DNA of 64,000 nucleotides from Pseudomonadota bacterium (lineage in GTDB: Bacteria; Pseudomonadota; Gammaproteobacteria; Burkholderiales; Burkholderiaceae_E): contig JAEWGX010000016.1 in assembly GCA_023388075.1 (NCBI GenBank), positions 19,987 through 83,986 on the forward strand. Direction: 5' to 3'. Position numbers and translations under genes: made by a program. The notes beneath the pieces were generated by a model. The model had not been told where the DNA came from and ran no database searches. It saw nothing but the letters and a program-made list of their open reading frames with translations. This document shows, piece after piece, positions 1-9,663 of the stretch; the first letter of the stretch is position 1, and each line of letters starts with the position of its first letter.

Positions 1-1177
1 ATGGGTGCCGTAAGGCGCGCGCGGACCGAACGGCGTCCAGGCCGCGCTGATCGGCAAGCGCGCGCAGCAGCCTCAGCGCCTCGGGCCGCCCGTCCGCGGG
101 CAGCGCCACGACCTCGCCGTTCAGGAAGATGCGGCGACCGCGATAGAGCATCCGGCTCTTCGCGGCGAGCGCGATGCAGTCGCCGCGTTCCGGACGCAGC
201 TCGGCCCGCGCGGGCGGCTCGAACCACACCGAAGGTTTCGGCTCGGTGAGATGGCAGCCGATGAACTCCTCCAGCAGCGAGGCCGGCGGGCGCCAGCCTT
301 CCAGCCAGCCGCGCAGAGTAGTCGCCATGTCGTCCGGGATCGCAGCCGGCCGGCTTGCCGCACGCCTGGTCCGGTCGCGGTAGCGCCGGGGGCTCGCCAC
401 GTCGCCAGCGGCTGCGCCGCCTCCATGATCCGCGAGATAGGCGAAGAAGGCCTGCCGCAGCTCCGCCGCGGACGGAGCCCTGAATCCGATCGAGCAGGTC
501 ATGCACTCGCCGACCGCGGTGCCCTCGTGGACCCAGCCGGGAGGCAGGTACAGCATGTCGCCCGGCTCCAGCAGCCACTCCTCGGTGGCGACGAAGCCGT
601 CCACCAGGCGCAGCGGCACCTCCGGCACCAGTCGCCAGGGACCCGGCGGGGCGAGGCGCCAGCGCCGGCGGCCATGCACCTGCAGCAGGAAGACATCGTA
701 GGAATCGACATGCGGACCGACCCCGCCCCCGTCGCTCGCGTAGCTCACCATCAGGTCATCCAGGCGCGCATCCGGGAGGAAGCGGAAACGATCCATCAGC
801 GCGCGGCCCGCCGGAAGGTGCAGGTCGACACCCTGGACCAGCACGGTCCAACCCGGCCTGCTGCGCGCCGGCAGGCGAGCGAACGGGCCCTGGCGGAGCT
901 GCCAGCCGGTGCCGGTCGTAGGCGCGATCACCAGGCGACTTTCCACGTCGGCGTCACGCGCGAGGGCAAGCACCTCGCGCACGCCGAAGGGCGGTTGCGA
1001 TCCGGCGCCTGCCTGCGAACCGTCCCCGGGCGATGCGTCCCGCCCCGAGCCGCCTTCCAGCAGCCCGGGGAGCGCCTGCCGGATGACCAGCGGGCGCCGC
1101 TGCCAGTGCCTCTGCAGGAAGCGGGTCACCTGCATGTCGCCCAGGCGGGTCGCGGGCGGCCGTGCGGGTACAGTCAT
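1..1177 (-). CDS. roxA: JmjC/cupin 2-oxoglutarate oxygenase, ribosomal protein uL16 3-hydroxylase (RoxA/YcfD) family; 3' end runs off the window
   Basis: Not in the ORF track. Manual translation from ATG 1177: MTVPARPP...FLQRHWQRRPLVIRQALP...VESRLV...WTVLVQGVD...RLDDLMVSYASDGGGVGPHVDSYDVFLLQ (HxD iron motif); the same frame reads LADQRGLD at the window edge. Confidence 0.88.
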   Translation of the reverse strand, partial: MTVPARPPATRLGDMQVTRFLQRHWQRRPLVIRQALPGLLEGGSGRDASPGDGSQAGAGSQPPFGVREVLALARDADVESRLVIAPTTGTGWQLRQGPFARLPARSRPGWTVLVQGVDLHLPAGRALMDRFRFLPDARLDDLMVSYASDGGGVGPHVDSYDVFLLQVHGRRRWRLAPPGPWRLVPEVPLRLVDGFVATEEWLLEPGDMLYLPPGWVHEGTAVGECMTCSIGFRAPSAAELRQAFFAYLADHGGGAAAGDVASPRRYRDRTRRAASRPAAIPDDMATTLRGWLEGWRPPASLLEEFIGCHLTEPKPSVWFEPPARAELRPERGDCIALAAKSRMLYRGRRIFLNGEVVALPADGRPEALRLLRALADQRGLDAVRSARALRHP

Positions 1178-1344
1178 GAAGAGCCCTCCTGGCGCGAAGC
1201 GCGCCATCCTCCCCGGGGGAGGTGAGCGCACCCTTCGGGCGGCCGTGCGGGTACGCTCATGAACAGCCCTCCTGGCGCGAAGCGCGCCATCCTCCCCGGG
1301 GGAGGGGAGCGTACCCTTCGGGCGGCCGTGCGGGTACGCTCATG
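1154..1344. repeat. 83-bp tandem repeat, 2 full copies plus about 25 bp, internally palindromic, each copy a 28-codon mini-ORF on the minus strand
   Basis: Units begin at 1154, 1237 and 1320 (GGGCGGCCGTGCGGGTAC...); minus-strand ORFs 1257-1343 and 1174-1260 differ at 3 positions. Confidence 0.95.
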
Positions 1345-2470
1345 GAAGCGCCCTGGTTGAAACCTGGAACGGATCGGACTCGCGGCCGATGCCGTCGAGC
1401 GCGAGGGAGGGATCCCAGCGTACCTGTACCCAGGAAGCGGAGAAGGGCGAGCCGAAGCACTCGACGCGGCGCAGGTTGGCGAGGCCATGGGACTGTCGGA
1501 GCAGCCGGTCGCTGCGGAAGAAGTGGGTGTCGCCGTGAAGGAGCAGGAAAGGTCCGTCGAACGCGACGGCGGCCGCCACGACCAGCTCGCGCATCGGCGC
1601 CCAGCCGTCTTGCCGTGCCGCGCCGAAGCGCATGTTGGCATGGAGCGCCACCACGAGTCCCTTCACCAGTCCGGCGGCCTTCTCGCGCAACGCAGTCCGC
1701 ACGGTGTCTGCGAGCCAGCGGGCATTGGCCTCCTGGCGCGCGAGCCAGGCGCGATCGAGCTCCGGTGTGCCGCGTGGGGCGTTGTTGCTGCCGACCACGT
1801 GCAGGGTGCAGAAGCGCAGCGAGCCGGTGCGCCAGCTCGCGTTCTCAGGCAGGCGCGGCGGCCGGTCGACATCCTCGCGCAGCGCGATCGCGTCGTCGAT
1901 CGTTCCCTGCTGCGCGAGCGCCAGGGCACGCCGACCGAGCGAACTCGGCGAACGATAGGCCAGGCTGCGCAGCCGATGCAGCCGCTCCAGGGGACCGCCC
2001 GCGCTCCAGGGCGCGGCCGAGGGCCGGCAATCGGTCCAGTCGTTGTCGCCCGGTGTGAGCACGAGGGGATGAGGACAGGCGTCGAGCAGCTGCAGGCGCG
2101 ACGAGAGGAGGCGGTCGCTGCACTCCTCGCCGCTCGACTTGAGGTCGCCGACGTGCAGCACGAACTCGAGCGGCTCCTGGGCCATCGCCGCGAAGATGCG
2201 CTGCAGCGACCCGGCCTCGAGGCCCGAGTAAGGGGTGTCTCCGATGAAACCGAACTGGTACGGGGTCGCCGGGCCGACATCCGGCGCCAACGGGCGCGTA
2301 TCGCCGGCGCGGACCGCCGGATCGCTCGACTCGCCCTGTGGGGGCGACGCGGCGGCGGGCGCGGATCCGGAACCGCTGCCGAGCAGCCCCGCCGCGGCCA
2401 GCGCGGCGGAGCCGATGCCGGCGCGCGCGATCCGGCGCCGCTGACGATCAGGGGCCGCCCGCGCCGTCAT
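1340..2470 (-). CDS. Calcineurin-like metallophosphoesterase, probably exported (Tat-like N-terminus)
   Basis: Motifs [28 protein letters not shown] followed by an Ala/Leu-rich stretch; start re-picked at ATG 2470. Confidence 0.8.
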   Translation of the reverse strand: MTARAAPDRQRRRIARAGIGSAALAAAGLLGSGSGSAPAAASPPQGESSDPAVRAGDTRPLAPDVGPATPYQFGFIGDTPYSGLEAGSLQRIFAAMAQEPLEFVLHVGDLKSSGEECSDRLLSSRLQLLDACPHPLVLTPGDNDWTDCRPSAAPWSAGGPLERLHRLRSLAYRSPSSLGRRALALAQQGTIDDAIALREDVDRPPRLPENASWRTGSLRFCTLHVVGSNNAPRGTPELDRAWLARQEANARWLADTVRTALREKAAGLVKGLVVALHANMRFGAARQDGWAPMRELVVAAAVAFDGPFLLLHGDTHFFRSDRLLRQSHGLANLRRVECFGSPFSASWVQVRWDPSLALDGIGRESDPFQVSTRALP

Positions 2471-5195
2471 CGAGCAGCTCGCGCCAGCGGTACACCTGCT
2501 CCAGCGCCTGGCGGGGCGTGAGCGAATCGATATCAAGTTCGCGCAGCTCCGCGCCGATCCGGTCGGCCGACGAGGCGCTCGATGAGCCGGCTGGAGCGTG
2601 CTCCTCGGATGCGGGTCCGGGCCGGCCGCCCGCGGCCAGGGCCGGCTCCGGCGTGTCCGGAAGCGGCGCGGAGAAGAGATCGAGCTGTGGTCGCTGGGCC
2701 GCCGCTGCCTGCTCGAGCGCTTGCAGCGTCGCCCGCGCATGCTTCAGCAGCCGCGCCGGCAGCCCGGCGAGGCGGGCCACCTGAAGTCCATAGCTCTGGC
2801 TGGCCGGGCCTTCCCGCACCTGGTGGAGGAAGACGATGCCTCCCGCATGCTCGGCCGCCGCCAGGTGCAGGTTGACCGCCGCGCTGGACTCGGACGCGAG
2901 CGAGGTCAGCTCGAAGTAGTGCGTCGCGAACAGGGTGAGCGAGCGGCTGGTATCGAGCAGGTGCCAGGCGATGGCATGGGCGAGCGCGAGGCCGTCGAAT
3001 GTCGAGGTGCCGCGCCCGATCTCGTCGACCAGTACCAGCGAGCGCTCGGTGGCCGCGTTCACGATCACCGCGGCCTCGGTCATCTCCACCATGAAGGTGG
3101 AACGTCCGCCCGCCAGGTCGTCGGACGCGCCGATGCGGGTGAAGATGCGGTCGATCGGACCCACCTCGCAGCGCTCGGCCGGCACGAAGCTGCCGCACCA
3201 GGCGAGGATCGCGATGAGCGCCGCCTGTCGCATGTAGGTGGACTTGCCGCCCATGTTGGGGCCGGTGACCACCAGGAGCCGGCGGTCGGCGTCGAGCTCG
3301 CAGTCGTTGGCGATGAAGCGCTCCACCATGCGCTCCACCACGGGATGGCGGCCGGCCTTGATGCGCAGGCCGGGCTGGCCGGCGAGCGTCGGGCGCACCC
3401 AGCGCGACTGCTCCGCAACCGCGGCGAAGGCATGGCAACAATCGAGCGTCGCGCTCGCGGCAGCCAGCCGTTGCAGCGCCGGAATGTGCGGCGCGAGCGC
3501 CTGCAGCAGCTGCTCGTAGAGCGCCTTCTCGCGCGCGAGCGCGCGCTCGCGCGCCGACAGCGCCTTGTCCTCGAACGCCTTGAGCTCCGCGGTGATGTAA
3601 CGCTCCGTCCCCTTGAGCGTCTGGCGGCGGCGGTAGTCGGTGGGCACCTTGTCGGCCTGCGCCCGGCCGACCTCGATGTAGAAGCCGTGGACGCTGTTGT
3701 AGCCGACCTTGAGCGTCGCGATCCCGGTGCGCTCGCGTTCGCGCTGCTCCATCTGCGCGAGGAACACGTCGCAATCGCGGTCGACGCTGCGCAGCTCGTC
3801 GAGCGTCGCGTCGAAGCCGTCGCGAATGACATTGCCGTCGCGCACCAGCGCCGGCGGATCGTCCGCGAGTGTCTCGGCGAGCAGAGCGCCCAGGGCGGGA
3901 TCGACCTGCGCCGCCTCCGCGAGGCGGGCGATGGTGGACGCTGCCGCGTCTTCCACGCCGTCGGATCGCGCGAGCAGGGTCACGCAGCGCGAGAGCGACG
4001 GCAGGCTGTCCTTCAGCGCCACGAGCTCGCGCGGGCGCACGCTGCCGAGCGCGATCCGGGTGGCGATCCGCTCGATGTCGGCGCTGCCGGAGAGCTCGCG
4101 CGAAATCGGCTCCACCAGGCGCCGCGCGATCAGCAGCTCCACCAGCGCCTGGCGTTCCATCACCTGGCCGCGGTCCTGGAGCGGCGCGAGCAGCCATTGG
4201 CGGAGCAGGCGGCTGCCGGCCGCGGTGGCGCACCGGTCCAGTCGTCCGAGCAGCGTCGCGCCGCGCTCGTCCTGCAGGGGCCGCACCAGCTCGAGGTTGC
4301 GGCGCGCCACCGGATCGATCGCGATCAGCGCCTCGCGGCGCAGCCGGCGCACGCCCTGCAGATGGCGAAAGGGCCTTCCCAGCGTGAGCTCGAGGTAGTC
4401 GAGCAGCGCGCCGATCGCACCCGCGGCGGCCGGCAGGTCCTCCAGCTCGGTGGCATGCAGCGTGTGCACGCCGAGGGTCTCGCGCAGCAGCCGCTCGCCG
4501 CGGGCCGGATCGAACTGCCAGTCGGGGCGCTCGTTGATCGGCACGCTGCCGCCCGCCTGGAGCCGGCCGCGCAACCGTTCCAGCAGGGCCGGCCGCGACT
4601 TGACCGCACCCTCGGACACCAGCAGCTCGGCCGGGGCGATGCGCTCCAGCTCCGCATCCAGCTCCGCCGCGTCGACCTCGGTGACGAAGCACTCGCCGTT
4701 GGCGGCGATGATCGTCGCGATCACCACCCGTTGCGCGCCTGTGCCCTGGGCGCCGCCGGGGAAGGCGAGGGCCGCGAGCGGACGGTCCTCGCGTTCCGGA
4801 AGCAGCTGCGCGTCGGTGAGCGTGCCGGGCGTGACGGTGCGCACCACCTTGCGTTCGACGGGTCCCTTCGATGTGGCCGGATCGCCGATCTGCTCGCAGA
4901 TCGCCACCGGGATGCCGAGCGCGACCAGCTTGGCGAGGTAGTAGTCCAGCGAGTGCACCGGTACACCCGCCATGGGGATCGGTTCGCCGCCGGAGGAGCC
5001 GCGGCTGGTGAGCGTGATCGAAAGGAGCGGCGCCGCTCGCTTCGCGTCGTCGAGGAAGAGCTCGTAGAAATCGCCCATGCGATAGAAGAGCAGGGCGTCG
5101 GGATGCTCCGCCTTTATCGAGAGGAACTGGCGCATCATCGGCGTGTGCGACGCCAGGTCCACGCCGCGCGCGAGATTCGCTCGCTCGTCCTTCAT
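2448..5195 (-). CDS. mutS: DNA mismatch repair protein MutS
   Basis: [19 protein letters not shown], Walker [28 protein letters not shown]-terminal QLDLF clamp-binding motif; start re-picked at ATG 5195. Confidence 0.98.
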   Translation of the reverse strand: MKDERANLARGVDLASHTPMMRQFLSIKAEHPDALLFYRMGDFYELFLDDAKRAAPLLSITLTSRGSSGGEPIPMAGVPVHSLDYYLAKLVALGIPVAICEQIGDPATSKGPVERKVVRTVTPGTLTDAQLLPEREDRPLAALAFPGGAQGTGAQRVVIATIIAANGECFVTEVDAAELDAELERIAPAELLVSEGAVKSRPALLERLRGRLQAGGSVPINERPDWQFDPARGERLLRETLGVHTLHATELEDLPAAAGAIGALLDYLELTLGRPFRHLQGVRRLRREALIAIDPVARRNLELVRPLQDERGATLLGRLDRCATAAGSRLLRQWLLAPLQDRGQVMERQALVELLIARRLVEPISRELSGSADIERIATRIALGSVRPRELVALKDSLPSLSRCVTLLARSDGVEDAAASTIARLAEAAQVDPALGALLAETLADDPPALVRDGNVIRDGFDATLDELRSVDRDCDVFLAQMEQRERERTGIATLKVGYNSVHGFYIEVGRAQADKVPTDYRRRQTLKGTERYITAELKAFEDKALSARERALAREKALYEQLLQALAPHIPALQRLAAASATLDCCHAFAAVAEQSRWVRPTLAGQPGLRIKAGRHPVVERMVERFIANDCELDADRRLLVVTGPNMGGKSTYMRQAALIAILAWCGSFVPAERCEVGPIDRIFTRIGASDDLAGGRSTFMVEMTEAAVIVNAATERSLVLVDEIGRGTSTFDGLALAHAIAWHLLDTSRSLTLFATHYFELTSLASESSAAVNLHLAAAEHAGGIVFLHQVREGPASQSYGLQVARLAGLPARLLKHARATLQALEQAAAAQRPQLDLFSAPLPDTPEPALAAGGRPGPASEEHAPAGSSSASSADRIGAELRELDIDSLTPRQALEQVYRWRELLDDGAGGP

Positions 5196-5411
5196 GCGGC
5201 GGGATCCCGGCGTGCCGGGGGATTGACGAGCGTCGCGGGAGTCGCGTCCGCGGCGCCGGCATTCCGCGCGTCCAGGAATGGAAGCGTTTCGTTCACGGTC
5301 CGCAGTGTACCGAACGCACACCCTGGGTCGGCGATACGGCCAGGTGTCCTGCCTTCGCAAGGGCGAGGTTTTCGCCCGGTCACGCCGTGACGTCGACGTC
5401 CGGTCCGCCCC

Positions 5412-6173
5412 TCAGTGCCGGGTCGTGGCGGGCTGCGCGAGCCGGGCGTAGAGATCGCCGGAGCCGTCCTCCGGCCGCAGCCTCGCGACCCACTTCCTTG
5501 TCTGCTCGGGTGTCAGCCATTCCGCCGAGCCGAAGCGCGACGTCTCGCCGGCCGACCAGTTGTACCGATAGTCCGCGAGCTCGGCGAGCCGGTCGATGCA
5601 GGCGAGCGCCTGGTCGCGCGCCGCCCCCAGGTATTCGAACGACAGCGACCGCAGCGGCTGGGTCAGGCCGGACAGCACCGCGGGTTCCAGGCCTTCGACG
5701 TCGATCTTGACGAAGTCCGGGCGGCCGTGCGCCCGCACCAGCGCATCGAGCGTCGTCACCGACACCCGCGGCCCCGGTTCCCAGGCGACATGCCGGAAGC
5801 CTTCTGTCTCGCTCATCCGAGAAACCCATTCCGGATTCAGGCTCGATACCGTCGGCGTGCGGGGACTGGCCAGAAGGCGCGCCTCGCCCTCGGTAGCGCC
5901 GGCCGCGGCCTCCACGATCACAACCTGGGCGTCGCGCCCGTAGAGCGCGCGCAGGATCCGGGCGAAATCCGCCTGCGGCTCCAGCGCGATGACGCGCGCG
6001 CCGATGGCGCGAAAGCAGCGCAGGCGGTTGCCCACGTGCGCACCGATGTCGAAGCAGAGGCCGCCGGCGGGCACGAGGTCCGCGTAGAGCCGGCGCATCC
6101 TGCCGGCCCGGAAGGGAACGCCGTAGTAGAGGCCCAGCGAGCGGGCGATTCCGAGGTAGCGCGATGCGTTCAT
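5412..6173 (-). CDS. FkbM-family SAM-dependent methyltransferase
   Basis: FDIGAHVG, ALEPQ, VTTLD, FVKIDVEGLE motifs; start re-picked at ATG 6173. Confidence 0.9.
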   Translation of the reverse strand: MNASRYLGIARSLGLYYGVPFRAGRMRRLYADLVPAGGLCFDIGAHVGNRLRCFRAIGARVIALEPQADFARILRALYGRDAQVVIVEAAAGATEGEARLLASPRTPTVSSLNPEWVSRMSETEGFRHVAWEPGPRVSVTTLDALVRAHGRPDFVKIDVEGLEPAVLSGLTQPLRSLSFEYLGAARDQALACIDRLAELADYRYNWSAGETSRFGSAEWLTPEQTRKWVARLRPEDGSGDLYARLAQPATTRH

Positions 6174-6337
6174 GCGGTGCCGACAGGACGACGAGAGGCG
6201 CCATGCGGCAAGCGCTGTGCCGGCTTCCCGGGACCTAGGGGATAGCCCGGGTCTTGACCGCTCCACCTCGAAGAGCGTTAGCATCATAGGCTGGCCGACG
6301 CGACCGCCGCGGGGCTCGAAAAAAGGGGAGACAGTTC

Positions 6338-7651
6338 ATGAACCAGAATCCACGCCGTACCCTGCTCAAGGCAGGGACCGCGCTGGGCGCCAGTGGGTTG
6401 ATCGGGGTGCCGGCGCTGAACGCCCAGACCACCTGGAACAACGAGCCCGAGAAGGGCGCGCGCTTGCGCGTGCTGCGCTGGAGCCGGTTCGTCCAGGGCG
6501 ACATCGACGCCTACATGGCCAATGTCAAGAAGTTCACCGAGAAGACCGGGATCGAGGTCCGCGTGGACAACGAGACCTGGGAGGACGTGCGGCCGAAGGC
6601 GGCGGTGGCGGCGAACGTGGGCAGCGGCCCGGACATCGTCCTGTCCACCAACGACGACGCCAACATGTACCCGGACAAGCTGCTGGATGTCACGGACCTG
6701 TGCGAGTACCTCGGCGCGAAGTACGGCGGCTGGTACCCGGCGGTCGAGGCGTTCCTCAAGCCGGACGGCAAGAACTGGATCGGCGTCGGCCTCGGTTCCA
6801 CCGGCTCGCTGATCGTCTATCGCGAGAGCCAGGTCAAGGCGGCCGGCTTCGATTCCTTCCCGAAGGACACGGACGGATTCCTCAAGCTGCTCCAGGCGCT
6901 CAAGGCCAAGGGGACGCCCAGCGGCTTCGCGCTCGGCAACGCCACCGGCGACAGCGGCTGGACGCACTGGCTGATGTGGGCCTTCGGCGGGAAGATCGTC
7001 GACAAGGACAACAACGTCGTCATCAACAGCCCGGAGACGATCAAGGCGCTGGAGTACGGGCGCGAGATGTATGCCACCTTCGTGCCCGGCACGCTGTCCT
7101 GGCTGGATCCGAACAACAACAAGGCGTTCCTCGACGACCAGATCAGTGTCACGAACAACGGCATCTCGATCTACTACGCCGCGAAGAACTCCAAGGACCC
7201 GAAGGTCAAGGCGATGGCGGATGACATCCAGCACGCCGCCTTCCCGGTGGGCCCGGTTGGCGAGCCGACGGAGTATCACCTGTTCTTCAACCAGATGATC
7301 TTCAAGTACACCAAGTACCCGAAGGCGGCCAAGGAGTTCCTGCGCTTCATGATGGAAGCCGACCAGTTCAACCCCTGGCTCGAAGGTGCCGGCGGCTACA
7401 TCTCGCAGCCGCTCCGTGCCTACGAGAACAACCCGGTCTGGACGTCGGATCCGAAGCACACCCCGTACCGCGACTCCACCAAGAACCTGCGTCCCGCAGG
7501 CTACGCCGGTACGCTGGGCTATGCCTCGGCTGGCGCGCTCTCGGACTTCATCGTGTCCAACATGGTGGCCGAGGCGATCAGCGGTTCCCGTTCGCCCAAG
7601 GAAGCCGCGGAGCGGGCGCAAAAGCGCGCCGAGCGCTACTACAAGGTCTGA
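6338..7651 (+). CDS. ABC transporter substrate-binding protein (carbohydrate/CUT1 type), Tat signal
   Basis: PRRTLLK twin-arginine signal, GGGGAG SD, size 437 aa, followed by two permeases. Confidence 0.9.
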   Translation: MNQNPRRTLLKAGTALGASGLIGVPALNAQTTWNNEPEKGARLRVLRWSRFVQGDIDAYMANVKKFTEKTGIEVRVDNETWEDVRPKAAVAANVGSGPDIVLSTNDDANMYPDKLLDVTDLCEYLGAKYGGWYPAVEAFLKPDGKNWIGVGLGSTGSLIVYRESQVKAAGFDSFPKDTDGFLKLLQALKAKGTPSGFALGNATGDSGWTHWLMWAFGGKIVDKDNNVVINSPETIKALEYGREMYATFVPGTLSWLDPNNNKAFLDDQISVTNNGISIYYAAKNSKDPKVKAMADDIQHAAFPVGPVGEPTEYHLFFNQMIFKYTKYPKAAKEFLRFMMEADQFNPWLEGAGGYISQPLRAYENNPVWTSDPKHTPYRDSTKNLRPAGYAGTLGYASAGALSDFIVSNMVAEAISGSRSPKEAAERAQKRAERYYKV

Positions 7652-7657
7652 CGCGGC

Positions 7658-8674
7658 ATGGCGCAGCAGCAGGATGCCGGCCGGATCCACGGCGGGGGCG
7701 CGGTGGCCCCGGTCGATGGGCTGGCCGGTGCCGGCCTGCCGCTGCGCTCGTCGGACAAGCCCCCGCGACAGTCGCTGCTCACCCGGCTCCAGAACAGCCG
7801 CAACGGGCTCGGCTTCTTCTTCATGTTGCCCGCGGGGGCGCTGCTGATCCTGTTCCTTTCCTACCCGCTCGGGCTGGGTGTCTGGCTCGGCTTCACGGAC
7901 GCCAAGATCGGCCGGGGTGGAGAGTTCATCGGCCTGGAGAACTACGAGTTCCTCTGGGGCGACAGCGTCGCGCGCCTTGCGCTCTTCAACACCATCTTCT
8001 ACACCTTCATCGCGAGCGTCCTGAAGTTCCTGCTCGGCCTGTGGCTCGCGCTGCTGCTCAATCGCGCCCTGCGCGGCGCCACCTTCCTGCGCGCGGTGGT
8101 GCTGCTGCCTTGGATCGTGCCGACGGCACTGTCGGCGATCGCGTTCTGGTGGATCTACGATTCCCAGTTCTCCATCATCAGCTGGGTGCTGATGAAGGTC
8201 GGCCTGATCGACAACTACATCGATTTCCTCGGGGATCCCTGGAACGCGCGCTTCTCCACCATCGCGGCCAATGTCTGGCGGGGCATCCCCTTCGTCGCCA
8301 TCTCGCTGCTCGCGGGACTGCAGACCATCTCGCCGGCGCTTTACGAGGCGGCCGCGATCGACGGGGCCACGCCGTGGCAGCGCTTCTGGCACATCACGCT
8401 GCCGCTGCTCACGCCGATCATCGCGGTGGTCATGACCTTCTCGGTGCTCTTCACCTTCACCGACTTCCAGCTGATCTACGTGCTGACCCGCGGTGGTCCG
8501 CTGAACGCCACCCACCTGATGGCCACGCTCTCCTTCCAGCGGGCGATCTCCGGCGGTGCGCTCGGGGAGGGCGCCGCGCTTGCCATCGCCATGGTGCCGT
8601 TCCTGCTGGCCGCCATCCTTTTCTCCTACTTCGGCCTGCAGCGGCGCGCGTGGCAGCAGGGAAGCGACAGATGA
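7658..8674 (+). CDS. Carbohydrate ABC transporter permease (MalF/UgpA-like)
   Basis: FIGLENY, EAA loop LYEAAAIDGA, multiple TM segments. Confidence 0.93.
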   Translation: MAQQQDAGRIHGGGAVAPVDGLAGAGLPLRSSDKPPRQSLLTRLQNSRNGLGFFFMLPAGALLILFLSYPLGLGVWLGFTDAKIGRGGEFIGLENYEFLWGDSVARLALFNTIFYTFIASVLKFLLGLWLALLLNRALRGATFLRAVVLLPWIVPTALSAIAFWWIYDSQFSIISWVLMKVGLIDNYIDFLGDPWNARFSTIAANVWRGIPFVAISLLAGLQTISPALYEAAAIDGATPWQRFWHITLPLLTPIIAVVMTFSVLFTFTDFQLIYVLTRGGPLNATHLMATLSFQRAISGGALGEGAALAIAMVPFLLAAILFSYFGLQRRAWQQGSDR

Positions 8675-8734
8675 GCCACCGCCCGGCCCCGGCACATGGG
8701 GCGTGATGGGCGGCGGAGACAGCAAGGTGCACGA

Positions 8735-9613
8735 GTGAGCTCGAAGAAAGATCGCCCCGACAACGAGGGGATGGCATTCCTGGAGACGGCGAGACGTCGC
8801 TGGGTGACCGTCTACATCCCGATGGCGATATTCGTCTTCGTGCTGCTCTTTCCGTTCTACTGGATGACGATCACCGCCATCAAGCCGAACGAGGAGCTGC
8901 TCTCGCGCGACGGCAATCCGTTCTGGGTGGTCAATCCCACGCTCGAGCACTTCAAGAAGCTGCTCTTCGAAACCGACTATCCCGCCTGGCTCTTCAACAC
9001 GATGCTCGTGGCCGTGGTGGCCACCTTCGCCTCCCTCGTGGCCGCGGTGCTGGCCGCCTATTCCATCGAGCGCCTGCGCTTCAAGGGCGCGAGAACCAGC
9101 GGGCTCGCCATCTTCCTCGCCTACCTGATTCCGCCGTCCATCCTGTTCATCCCGCTCGCCATCGTGCTGCAGTGGTTCGGGCTCTTCAACACCCGCTGGG
9201 CGCTGATCCTCACCTACCCGACCTTCCTCATCCCGTTCTGCACCTGGCTGCTGATGGGGTATTTCCGCTCGATACCGTTCGAGCTGGAGGAATGCGCCCT
9301 GATCGATGGCGCGTCGCGCTGGGAGATCCTGGTGAAGATCGTGCTGCCGCTCGCCGTGCCGGGGCTGATCTCGGCGGGAATCTTCGCCTTCACCCTGTCC
9401 TGGAACGAGTTCATCTACGCGCTCACCTTCATCTCGGATTCCGAGATCAAGACCGTGCCGGTCGCGGTCGTCACCGAATTGGTGGAGGGCGACGTCTACC
9501 ACTGGGGTCCCTTGATGGCGGGCGCCCTGCTGGGGTCCGTCCCGGTGGCCATCTTCTATTCCTTCTTCGTGGAGTACTACGTCGCCGGCATGACCGGCGC
9601 GGTGAAGGAGTAG
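8735..9613 (+). CDS. Carbohydrate ABC transporter permease (MalG/UgpE-like)
   Basis: ELEECALIDGASR, FTLSWNEF; start uncertain (GTG 8735 chosen; the track gives 8696). Confidence 0.92.
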   Translation: MSSKKDRPDNEGMAFLETARRRWVTVYIPMAIFVFVLLFPFYWMTITAIKPNEELLSRDGNPFWVVNPTLEHFKKLLFETDYPAWLFNTMLVAVVATFASLVAAVLAAYSIERLRFKGARTSGLAIFLAYLIPPSILFIPLAIVLQWFGLFNTRWALILTYPTFLIPFCTWLLMGYFRSIPFELEECALIDGASRWEILVKIVLPLAVPGLISAGIFAFTLSWNEFIYALTFISDSEIKTVPVAVVTELVEGDVYHWGPLMAGALLGSVPVAIFYSFFVEYYVAGMTGAVKE

Positions 9614-9663
9614 CGAAGCGCAAGGTGCGGGCGGGGTTTGCGCAGTCGCGCAGCACCGCGCGT

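Noticed and set aside
251..1225. 324-aa plus-strand ORF
   Set aside because: Antisense shadow of the roxA-like gene, which carries the real motifs
1154..1344. 83-bp repeat as a CRISPR array
   Set aside because: Units are contiguous near-identical copies with no unique spacers, and no cas genes are present
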